29,615 bases of DNA from an uncultured Gammaproteobacteria bacterium (lineage in GTDB: Bacteria; Pseudomonadota; Gammaproteobacteria; JACCXJ01), in contig CAVXTM010000008.1 in the NCBI GenBank assembly GCA_963764725.1, positions 1 through 29,615 of the forward strand, read 5' to 3'. Below the pieces are notes generated by a model that saw nothing but the letters and a program-made list of their open reading frames with translations, searched no databases and was not told where the DNA came from. Positions 1-8,237 of this stretch are shown here, in pieces. How positions within the stretch are numbered: position 1 is the first letter of the stretch; every line of letters starts with the position of its first letter. Both the position numbers and the translations under genes were made by a program.

Positions 1-7
1 GTTAGGG
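1..7 (-). other. Probable R'' box (CCCTAAC) of an attC site truncated by the window edge
   Basis: Minus strand reads mgtE stop TAG, 8 nt, then CCCTAAC at the window edge. Position and YYYAAC form match an attC start; the rest is not visible. Confidence 0.5.
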
Positions 8-15
8 GGCCACCT

Positions 16-966
16 CTATCGGACCACTGCTGCTGCAAGGGCGAAATAGATGAGGATGGACAGCAGATCCTGGATGACCGTTGCGAGGGGTCCGCTACCG
101 AAGGCCGGGTCGCGCCCCGAGGCACTGAACAACCAAGGGAGCAGCATTGCTGCGAGAGTGGCCGTGGAGCATGCCGCGAACATAGCAAGTCCTACCGCCA
201 GTGCGATGGAGGCATCTCCCCACCGCCACCAGACGAGCGGACCGGCGATCGCAGCCAACGTGAAGCCGATCACGAGGCCTGCAAGCAGCTCGCGACGGAT
301 CATCCGACGCATTGTGACACCGACGGATAGACCCCGCACCACGATCGTCTCCGTCTGAGTGCCAACGGCATCAGCAAGGTACACGATCCCGGGTATGAAG
401 AACGCCAGCATCACCGTCTCTTGCAGATGGCTTTCGAAGCGACCGACGAAGTCCGCAGATAGCAGCGCTCCAGCGAGGCCCACGAGCAGCCACGGAAGGC
501 GGTGACGGAAGCGGCGCTCCACCGTTTCCGTGCTCGTGGACCTGGCCTCCGAGGTGCTCTTCAGGAACCCTCCGAGACGTGTCAGGTCCTCCTCGTGTTC
601 AGCGAGCAGGATCACAAGGAGCCGCTGGGGTGGGATGATGCCGACGAAGCGCCCATCCGCGTCCACCACCGGCAGCGCGGTCTCCTCGTTTCGCACGGCC
701 CGCCACGCGGCAACCTCCTGATCGACACCGGGCGAGACAACAGGAACCTCGCGATCCGCCAGGTCGCCGACTAGAGAGTCATCAGGTGCTGTGAGGAGCG
801 CTTCTATCCTCAGGATTCCGAGGAACTTGCCGTCCTCCTGCACGACGATATGGCTGGCGGTGTCGAACTCCCGGCCCACCAGACCGCGTCGCGCCTCGCC
901 TGCCGTGGTCGCGGGAGATACCAGCGGGACCTTGGTACTCGCGTGTTCGGCGGCGGTCTCACGCAT
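16..966 (-). CDS. mgtE: MgtE-family magnesium transporter (CBS pair + MgtE membrane domain), probable second gene cassette
   Basis: CBS motifs (LPVVDADGRFVGII), RLPWL, GTQTETIVVRGL and DPAFGSGPLATVIQD. The ORF-track start at 990 lies inside the attC, so ATG 966 (or GTG 975) is preferred. Confidence 0.88.
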   Translation of the reverse strand: MRETAAEHASTKVPLVSPATTAGEARRGLVGREFDTASHIVVQEDGKFLGILRIEALLTAPDDSLVGDLADREVPVVSPGVDQEVAAWRAVRNEETALPVVDADGRFVGIIPPQRLLVILLAEHEEDLTRLGGFLKSTSEARSTSTETVERRFRHRLPWLLVGLAGALLSADFVGRFESHLQETVMLAFFIPGIVYLADAVGTQTETIVVRGLSVGVTMRRMIRRELLAGLVIGFTLAAIAGPLVWWRWGDASIALAVGLAMFAACSTATLAAMLLPWLFSASGRDPAFGSGPLATVIQDLLSILIYFALAAAVVR

Positions 967-978
967 CACCGGCACGTC

Positions 979-1068
979 GACCAACGCCACGCTTCAGGCG
1001 CGCCTGGAAGCCGAAGCGACGTTAGGAGCGCAGGCTGTAAGGCGTCGCCCTGCAAGCGATTGTTAGGC
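979..1068 (-). other. attC integron cassette recombination site (90 bp)
   Basis: Minus strand: R'' GCCTAAC, 5-nt spacer AATCG, L'' CTT(G)CAGG, then L' CCTGAAG, spacer CGTGGC and R' GTTGGTC. L'' pairs with L' leaving the canonical extrahelical G, and the stem continues (CG-A-CGCCT/AGGCGCG). The upstream gene's TAA lies within R''. Confidence 0.88.
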
Positions 1069-1599
1069 ACTGCGCTCTGGCGCAAACCAGGCTTCGACAA
1101 GCATACGGTGCTTTTCCGGCACGGCCTCTCCGGCCAGCACGGCCCAGTTGTTTTCAAACCCCAGGGGATCTGAGCTTTTAATGCGAAACCGCCGCATGGC
1201 AGTCTCCGCAACCGCCCTCTGGCGCGTTCGCAGCCAGTAGGCATGCTGCTCACGCACATACGTCGCGACGTAGCCGCTCGGCACGATGAAGAACCTCGAC
1301 AAGTGCTCGACTCCGCGGAGCGCGACAAAGCAATAGAATAAATTCGCATCGACCACGTGCCCGTGTTTCGCACTCATCGGCCAGCCATAGCAAGGCTCGT
1401 TCGAGAACAGCGATTCGTGACGTGGGCCACGGTCGGTCGTCTTGACTTCAATTTTGAACAACTGATTCAACCGTGCGTTCGACACGAGAATATCGACACC
1501 CTTTGTGTTCGCAAGTGTCAACGAGGCTACAAGGCCACGTTGCACGAGCTGCGCAAGAACGTAGAATTCTCCGGCCAAGCCAATCTGTGTGTTGTCCAT
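1063..1599 (-). CDS. PD-(D/E)XK-superfamily nuclease-like protein, first gene cassette (about 985-1618)
   Basis: GLAGE...GVDILV...KIEVKT matches the E...D...ExK catalytic layout. Bounded by G/TTAGGC upstream and its complement GCCTAAC at the stop codon. Confidence 0.75.
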   Translation of the reverse strand: MDNTQIGLAGEFYVLAQLVQRGLVASLTLANTKGVDILVSNARLNQLFKIEVKTTDRGPRHESLFSNEPCYGWPMSAKHGHVVDANLFYCFVALRGVEHLSRFFIVPSGYVATYVREQHAYWLRTRQRAVAETAMRRFRIKSSDPLGFENNWAVLAGEAVPEKHRMLVEAWFAPERSA

Positions 1600-1612
1600 G
1601 GCTTTTTCAAAT

Positions 1613-1619
1613 GCCTAAC
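1613..1619 (-). other. attI-like crossover core G/TTAGGC at the head of the cassette array
   Basis: GTTRRRY core 13 nt before the ATG, exactly complementary to R'' of the following attC. The upstream sequence is AT-rich and not attC-like. Confidence 0.65.
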
Positions 1620-1633
1620 TAGAATTCGATCCC

Positions 1634-1722
1634 GTTTATACATATAGAAGCAGTTTATACTTTTGTAAACTTGTTTATATACATAGTAACCTTCGTGCGA
1701 GCGAGTTTATAGATATATTAAC
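1634..1722. repeat. Four 18-bp quasi-palindromic boxes of the form GTTTATA-N8-A(A/G)C
   Basis: GTTTATACATATAGAAGC (1634), GTTTATACTTTTGTAAAC (1653), GTTTATATACATAGTAAC (1673) and GTTTATAGATATATTAAC (1705), in an AT-rich island within GC-rich DNA. Confidence 0.8.
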
Positions 1723-1728
1723 CCCGCC

Positions 1729-2111
1729 TCACGCCTGGTTGCTCATGACGAACTGTATGATTCTGTTATCGAGGCCGAGTTTAATTACCGTCTCGTAAGG
1801 GAGCTTCCAAAGCCTTTCTTGCGGTTGCCATTGGCCGCCGGCCGCTTTGACCGTCTCTCTGAGCTCGGCTTCGCGATAGTGTATTCGGACCAGCACCGCT
1901 CCGACGGGCGTCGGATCGGGTGCTTTGCGGGGCGGCATGCGTAGGCCGTCGATCCAGGCTTCTTCATCCACAATCAACTCAATGGTTTTGTAACGCTTGC
2001 GCTTGACCTTGTCATAACGATAGCGGACGCAGACGAGGCGGTCGCCGTATTGCGTCGCGAGTCCCGTCTCGTTCCTTTTTGACCGGGTTTGAGTGTCACT
2101 CTGACATCCAT
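1729..2111 (-). CDS. Small basic hypothetical protein (about 127 aa) with one frameshift near 2062; C-terminus resembles DUF5710
   Basis: GGAG RBS 6 nt before ATG 2111. Reads MDVRVTLKPGQKGTRR, frameshift, then LATQYGDRLVCVRYRYDKVKRKRYKTIELIVDEEAW...VRIHYREAELRETVKAAGGQWQPQERLWKL. The ORF track shows only the 3' part (1729-1977). Confidence 0.7.
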
Positions 2112-2177
2112 AGGTTGCTCCGTGTGGGCGATGAGCGGGTCCGCTGTCGGACGGATTAGGCTCCGCCCCGCTCGGCC

Positions 2178-5100
2178 CTAATGAAAATCCCTCGATTGCG
2201 TGCTCAAGCGGCCCAGGAGATCGGTATGATCCTCAAGCTTGCGGGCGAGCACATGCACCACCTCCCCCTCGCGTTGCACCTCGCCGGTGACGCCGAGGAG
2301 GCGAGAGCCCAGCAGCTCTTTGCGTTGCCGATCGACGAGACTGCTCCAGACGATGAGATTGAGGTAGCCCGTCTCGTCTTCTAGCGTGACGAAGACCACC
2401 CCGGTCGCGGTCCCGGGGCGCTGGCGAGTGATGACGAGCCCCGCGGCGCGGACAGGCTCGCCGTGTGGGAGCACGAGGATCCGTTCGGCGGTCAGAAACG
2501 CGAGCCGTGCGAGCTTCGGGCGCAGGAGCGCCAAGGGGTGCCGTCTTAGCGTGAGACCCAGACTTCCGTAGTCGGCCACGATCGCCTCGCCCTCGGTGGG
2601 GCGGCGCAGTAAGGGCGAGGCTTCTTGGACGGTGGTGGCGGCGAGTAACGGCGTCGGTGCTTCGATGCCGAGCACGGCCCAGTACGCCTGAGGCCGCTGG
2701 CCGGCGAGCTGCACCAGCGCATCGGCCGCAGCGAGTGCCTCGAGGTCGCGGCGATTGAGTTCGGCACGCCGTATGAGATCCTGGACATCCATGAAGGCCT
2801 CCGTTGTGCGCGCTTCCACGAGACGCTCGGCACCGCTCTTCGAAAGGCCCTTGACCAAGCGCAGCCCGAGACGAAGCGCGGGTTGAGCATTCGATCCCCG
2901 CTCCAGGGTGCAGTCCCAGGCGCTGGCACCCACATCAACTGGACGCACCTCCACCCCGTGCCTGCGGGCGTCTTGCACGATCTGGGCGGGGGCATAAAAA
3001 CCCATGGGCTGGCTATTCAAAAGGGCGGCCGTGAAGGCCGCTGGGGCGTGACACTTGAGCCAGGCGGAGACATAGACCAAGAGCGCGAAGCTCGCGGCAT
3101 GGCTCTCGGGGAAGCCATACTCACCAAAGCCTTCGATTTGTTTATAGATCTGGCGGGCGAAGCGCTCCGAGTAGCCGCGCGCGCGCATCCCCTCGACGAG
3201 CCGGTGCTCGAAACCCTGGAGGCCGCCGTTGCGTTTCCAGGCGGCCATTGAGCGGCGCAAGCGATCGGCCTCGCCCGGGCTGAAGCCCGCGGCCACCATG
3301 GCAAGTTTAATGACCTGCTCCTGGAAGAGCGGCACCCCCAGGGTACGCCCGAGCACCTCGCGCACCTCTTCGCTCGGATAGCTCACGGGCTCGATCCCAT
3401 GCCGGCGGCGCAGGTAAGGATGCACCATCTCGCCTTGGATGGGCCCCGGCCGGATGATCGCGACCTCGATCACCAAGTCGTAGTAACAGGCGGGCTTGAG
3501 GCGCGGCAGCATGGCGATCTGCGCGCGGGACTCGATCTGGAAGACTCCCATGGTGTCCGCCCTTTGGATCATCGCGTAGGTTGCGGGGTCCTCGGGGGGC
3601 ACGGTGGCCAATGTGAGCTTCTTTCCCTCGAAGCCCTCGATGAGTTCGAAGGCGCGGCGGATCGCGGAGAGCATCCCGAGGCACAGGCAATCGACCTTGA
3701 GGAGCCCGAGCGCATCGAGATCATCCTTGTCCCATTGGATCACGGTGCGCTCGGGCATGGCGGCATTGCGTCCTCGGCGCGCCAAGCAGGGCCGCCTTCG
3801 GCCCCGGCCAGCTTTGGCTGGCGCTCGTACGAGCCCCTGGCCCTGGCTCTCTCGATGGGAACCAGGCGAGCCAGGGGACCGCGGGAGATGATCATCCCGC
3901 CCACATGCTGGGAGAGGTGGCGCGGGAAGCCCACGAGATCTCCAACGAGCTTGGTTAATCGGGCCAGCAGCGGATTATCGGGATCGAACCCCACCTCGCG
4001 CAGACGCTCGCGCGCGAGTCGTTTCCCATCCCACCAGTAGATGTTCTTCGCCAGCCGCTCGACTTGCTCGAGACTCATCCCGAGCGCCTTGCCGACATCC
4101 CGGATCGCGCTCTTAGCACGGTAGGTGATCACGGTCGCGGCGAGAGCGGTGCGCTCGCGCCCGTACTTCTCATAGAGGTACTGGATCACCTCCTCGCGCC
4201 GCTCATGCTCGAAGTCGACGTCGATGTCGGGCGGCTCCTGGCGCTCCTTGGAAACGAAGCGCTCGAAAAGCATCTCCATGCGCGCGGGATCCACCTCGGT
4301 GATGCCGAGGCAGTAACAGACCGCGGAGTTGGCCGCGCTCCCCCGTCCCTGGCAGAGGATACCGCGGCGGCGGGCAAAGGCGACAATATCGTGGACGGTC
4401 AAGAAATAGCTCTCGTAACCGAGCTCGGCGATGAGTTGCAGCTCGTGCCCGATCTGTGCCGTGACTTTCGCGGGTACCCCAGCAGGCCAGCGCCGTTGCA
4501 TGCCCGTCTCGGTCAAATCCCTGAGATACCGGGCCGGCGTCTCGCCCGCGGGCACGAGCTCCTCGGGATATTCGTAGCGGAGCTCGTCCAAGGAGAATTG
4601 ACAACGCTCGGCGATGCGTATCGTCTCGGTGAGTAATTCGGACGGATAAAGCCGCGCCAGGACTTCGCGCCGGCGCAAATGACGCTCGCTGTTCGGATAG
4701 AGCGCATAGCCCGCCGCCTTAACCGTGGTCTTGAGCCGGATCGCCGTCAAGGTATCTTGCAAGGCACGGCGCTCGCGCACGTGCATGTGCACATCCCCCG
4801 CGGCGACGAGCGAAATGCCCGTCTCACGGCTCAGGGCAGTGAGCCTTTCGAGCCTCTCGCCATCGCCGCCCTCGCGCAGTAGCTCGACAGCGATCCAAAG
4901 GCGCTCGGGAAAGCGCCCGGCGAGCCAGCCGGCCTCGGTCTTGAGCCCTTGCAGCTCGTCCAAGCGCCGCCCCGGTAGCAAGAGAGCGAGGCAATGATCG
5001 AGCCCGGCGGCGATGTCCGCGCGTTCCAGCCGGTAGCCCCCCTTGGCCGCTCGCCGCCGCCCTTGGGTGATGAGCGCCGAGAGCCGGCCGTAACCCTCTC

Positions 5101-5356
5101 GATCTTGCGCCAGGAAGACGAGCCGCGGTCCGTCGAGGAACTTCGCCTCAGTGCCAATGATGAGCTTGAGGCCGCGGTCTTTGGCCGCGCTATGGGCCCG
5201 CACCACACCGGCAAGCGAACACTCGTCGGTCAGCGCAATCGCCGTGTAGCCGAGTCGCTGGGCTTCTGCCAGCAACTCCTCGGGGAAGGAGGCGCCTCTC
5301 AAGAAAGTGAAGTTCGAGAGGCAGTGAAGCTCGGCGTAGCAGGGCAAATCCGGCAT
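2178..5356 (-). pseudogene. dnaE2: Error-prone DNA polymerase DnaE2/ImuC, interrupted by an 83-bp insertion at 3768-3850
   Basis: [44 protein letters not shown] and the C-terminal SRDFH. ORFs 3740-5368 and 2178-3785 join as VPIE|NAAM when 3768-3850 is removed. Confidence 0.93.
3768..3850. mobile_element. 83-bp hairpin-rich insertion element inside dnaE2
   Basis: Exact removal restores the frame. Ends are homologous to 7510-7554. Internal palindromes or hairpins GCTCGTACGAGC, CCAGC-TTTG-GCTGG and GGCGCGCC. No clear target duplication. Confidence 0.75.
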
Positions 5357-5389
5357 GGGAGATAACAACCGAGCGCCGCTTGAACCTAG

Positions 5390-6826
5390 TCACAGAATCC
5401 CGTGCACGAACCAGCGCCGCTTCCCCTCGACCTCGCGGAAGACCCAATAGCAAGCGCCGAGGGGATTTCGGGCGACAAAGTAATCGCGCCCCATGGGCTG
5501 TCCATCCCACCAGCCGCTCTCGATGCGCTCCCCGCGCTCTATTAGCTCCAAAGGCCCCCGAAGCCGCGGCCGTCCCTCCCGGACCACGAGCGCTTGGGGC
5601 GGGTCGAGCAACCACAGGGGACGGCTTCGCATGCCCGGTGACGAACTTGCCTCCCCGGGCGAGCAGAAGCACCACGCCGCTTCGGGCCGGTGATCGGGGA
5701 GTAGACGCAGGCCACGGACGGCATCCTCGCCTAAGCGTGCGCGCAGTCGCTCGATGAAGGCGAGGGACTGCGCTTGGCTTTGTTCCTTGCCGCCGGGCAG
5801 GAGCGCGAGCGTGACGCCTGCCAGGGGGCAGAGATCGTCGACGATGAGCCTCAATGCGCGGACAGGCTCGGGGAGCACCAGCCGCTCGAGCCGGCTACGC
5901 AGCAGTTGACCGAGATGCTCCGGATCGCGGCTCGGTGTGAGGAGCGTAAGATTGAACGGAGTCTCGCGCCGCTCGCGATGAATCAGCCGCCAATCGAGTT
6001 GCCGCGCACCCGCCCCTCGCGCCCGCAAGAAGCCCGTCAGCTCCAATAACAGCCGCCGCGCCGCGAACTGTAAAGCTTGGGTGTCCTCGGCCTCATGCGG
6101 GAGATCGAGGAGACGCCCGAAGCGCGCGGGGGGCTCGAAGGGTAGACGCGGGTCCGGCCGCTGGCCCGAGGCGCGGTCGAGCAGACGCACGAGCGCCGGG
6201 CCAAAGCGCCGGGCCAATCCGTCACGGGGCAGGCGCAGGCACTCGCCCACCTCGCGTAGCCCGAGCCCGGTGAGGGCCTCTGCGACGCGCTCATCTACGC
6301 CCAGAACCGCAAGCGGTAAGCGCCTGAGTAGCGCGTGCAGTTGCCGCGGATCGGTGATGCAAACCTCTCGGTGTGCCCTCACGAAAAAGATCGCCGCGAG
6401 CGGCGTGGGCGCGATCGCGAGGAGCGGTTGGTAGCCGAGGTCCAGCACGCCCTCACGCACCTGTTTCACGAGCTTGGCAACGCCCCCGAAGAGCGTGAGG
6501 CTCTGGCCGATCTCGAGCAGGAGAGCATCCGGCGGCGCCAGGCTCACAAACGAGGTGAACTGCCCGCACCAAGCGGCGAGCGCCTCGATGGCGGCCCGCT
6601 CGGCAGATCCACGGGGCGTGTACACTTTGATATCCCCGAGCGCCTGCGCCGCCCCGGCGCGCATCCCCGGCGCGACGCCGAGGGCGTAGGCGGCGCGGTT
6701 GCCTATCCGTATACGCGACTCGCGCCCGGGGGTCGTGAGGACACACGCCTGCGGCGAGTCCCCGAGCCCCAGCGCCTCGAGCGGGAGGGCGGGAAGACCG
6801 AGACAAAGCCAGAGCGAGGTGCGCAT
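5390..6826 (-). CDS. imuB: ImuB, catalytically inactive Y-family polymerase-like protein
   Basis: LLLEIGQSLTLFGG, APTPLAA, DHRPE, RPLWLL and ERIESGWWD...RDYF motifs; lies between imuA and dnaE2. Confidence 0.92.
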   Translation of the reverse strand: MRTSLWLCLGLPALPLEALGLGDSPQACVLTTPGRESRIRIGNRAAYALGVAPGMRAGAAQALGDIKVYTPRGSAERAAIEALAAWCGQFTSFVSLAPPDALLLEIGQSLTLFGGVAKLVKQVREGVLDLGYQPLLAIAPTPLAAIFFVRAHREVCITDPRQLHALLRRLPLAVLGVDERVAEALTGLGLREVGECLRLPRDGLARRFGPALVRLLDRASGQRPDPRLPFEPPARFGRLLDLPHEAEDTQALQFAARRLLLELTGFLRARGAGARQLDWRLIHRERRETPFNLTLLTPSRDPEHLGQLLRSRLERLVLPEPVRALRLIVDDLCPLAGVTLALLPGGKEQSQAQSLAFIERLRARLGEDAVRGLRLLPDHRPEAAWCFCSPGEASSSPGMRSRPLWLLDPPQALVVREGRPRLRGPLELIERGERIESGWWDGQPMGRDYFVARNPLGACYWVFREVEGKRRWFVHGIL

Positions 6827-6848
6827 AACTCAGAGTTGTGAATCAATT

Positions 6849-7466
6849 TTAATCTCGCAAATCCAGATACACGGGCCTCGCACCCGCCCCACCCCGGCGC
6901 TTGAGGATGCTTACTGCCGCGAGCGGCCTGTGCGGCTCCAACATTAAGCGCAAGGCGGCGGGCGAGGCCTCACGGCGGGCCACGAGGGGGCGAAACAGGA
7001 GGCCCAGGCTTCGGCCCGCCTCGGCGGCGAGTTGCAGGCGGCGCAGTCCACGCCCGTCGAGACCACGCGGCCAGGCGAGCACGGCGCTACACGCCCCTGC
7101 GCGCAAGGATTGCTCCAGGGCCCAGAAGCGCTCTCGCGGACTTCCAATCCCCCACACCAGGAGCAGACGTGCGAGCGCGACGCCGTGGGCGGCAAGCGCC
7201 GGGCCATAAGGGAGATGCGGCGGGGAGATCCAGGCCAGCCACTGCTTGGATTGACTCAGGTGCGCGAGGGCCGGCATCACGAGCCGCAGCGCGCCGATGC
7301 CTTCCATGTCGGTCAAGATCTCCGTCAGCGCGCCTCGCGGCCATCCGCCACCGGGGAGGAGCGCATCGATCTCGGCGAAACCGCTCGGGATGGTCTCCGC
7401 CTCGACGGGCAACGCTCGGCCGCAGCGCCAAAGCCGGGGATCGCCCAGCACCGCCTCCAAGCTCAT
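6849..7466 (-). CDS. imuA: ImuA translesion-synthesis-associated RecA/SulA-like protein
   Basis: SGFAEIDALLPGGGWPRGALTEIL, WALEQSLRAG, LRRLQLAAE, SPAALRL and ILKRRGG motifs. Confidence 0.92.
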   Translation of the reverse strand: MSLEAVLGDPRLWRCGRALPVEAETIPSGFAEIDALLPGGGWPRGALTEILTDMEGIGALRLVMPALAHLSQSKQWLAWISPPHLPYGPALAAHGVALARLLLVWGIGSPRERFWALEQSLRAGACSAVLAWPRGLDGRGLRRLQLAAEAGRSLGLLFRPLVARREASPAALRLMLEPHRPLAAVSILKRRGGAGARPVYLDLRD

Positions 7467-7472
7467 ACCTTA

Positions 7473-7639
7473 TTCCGCTTCCATTTCATTCGTATAACTT
7501 TGTCGCCTTGCATCCTCGGCGCGCCAAACAGGCACCGTCCCTGGGCCTGGCTTTCCTCGCTCGCTCCTCGCCTACCACCCACGGTATGTCTCGTCGCTCG
7601 CTCGTCGCTTCGCGTTCTACTTTTGAACTGGAACCGGAA
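7473..7639. mobile_element. MITE-like element with 16-bp terminal inverted repeats and TTA direct repeats, carrying a nested 45-bp element (7510-7554)
   Basis: TTCCGCTTCCATTTCA (7473-7488) matches the reverse complement of 7624-7639 (TTCCGGTTCCAGTTCA) at 14/16. TTA occurs at 7470-7472 and 7640-7642. Confidence 0.65.
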
Positions 7640-8236
7640 TTACCGATAGAGGCGTAGCTTGGCGATCAGCACCCCCTGGATCGTGACGCGCGCGGGGTTG
7701 TACGCCATGGGTTTCAGCGCGGGGTTCTCGGGGATGAGGAGCACCTGAGCGTTTGGGCGCCGGCGAAAGCGCTTAAGGGTCGCCTCCTCGCCGTCGATGA
7801 GGGCCGAGACGATGTCCCCATTCTCCGCCGTCTCCTGGCGCCGGAGGAAGACGAGATCGCCATCGAGGATATCGGCCGCGATCATGGAGTCACCGGCTAC
7901 CTTCAAGACATAGGTCTCCGCCCCGCCGAGGAGAGAAGCCAAATCAATCTCTTCCTGGCCGGGGATGGCCTCGAGCGGCCGGCCGGCCGCGATGCGCCCG
8001 AGCAAGGGGAATACGAGCGGGCGCCGGTGTGGCGGGGCCAAGGCAATACCCCGCCAGCCTCCTTGCCCTTCCTGGAGGTAGCCTTTTCCGATCAGGGATC
8101 GCACATAACGGTGTAGAGTGCCCTTGGATCGGATACCCAGCGCCTGCCCGATCTCCCTGAGCAACGGAGGTTGGCCTTCCCGGTCGGTGTAATCCCGAAA
8201 GATTTCCAGCACGCGCTGTTCGGCAGGAGTCAGCAT
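7640..8236 (-). CDS. lexA: LexA transcriptional repressor
   Basis: N-terminal winged HTH (PPLLREIG), Ala-Gly cleavage site (GRIAAGRP), and Ser/Lys dyad (GDSM, ATLKR). Confidence 0.93.
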   Translation of the reverse strand: MLTPAEQRVLEIFRDYTDREGQPPLLREIGQALGIRSKGTLHRYVRSLIGKGYLQEGQGGWRGIALAPPHRRPLVFPLLGRIAAGRPLEAIPGQEEIDLASLLGGAETYVLKVAGDSMIAADILDGDLVFLRRQETAENGDIVSALIDGEEATLKRFRRRPNAQVLLIPENPALKPMAYNPARVTIQGVLIAKLRLYR

Positions 8237-8237
8237 G

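Noticed and set aside
967-990. ORF-track GTG start of mgtE at 990
   Set aside because: It lies inside the attC, upstream of the crossover point; a downstream start is more plausible.
1634-1722. Possible CRISPR mini-array (GTTT...AAC repeats)
   Set aside because: Units are 18 bp, divergent and separated by only 1-14 bp; there are no spacers or cas genes.
3768-3850. Intein, self-splicing intron or gene-60-type ribosomal bypass in dnaE2
   Set aside because: Too short and out of frame for an intein, no group I/II hallmarks, and no matched take-off/landing codons or adjacent stop.
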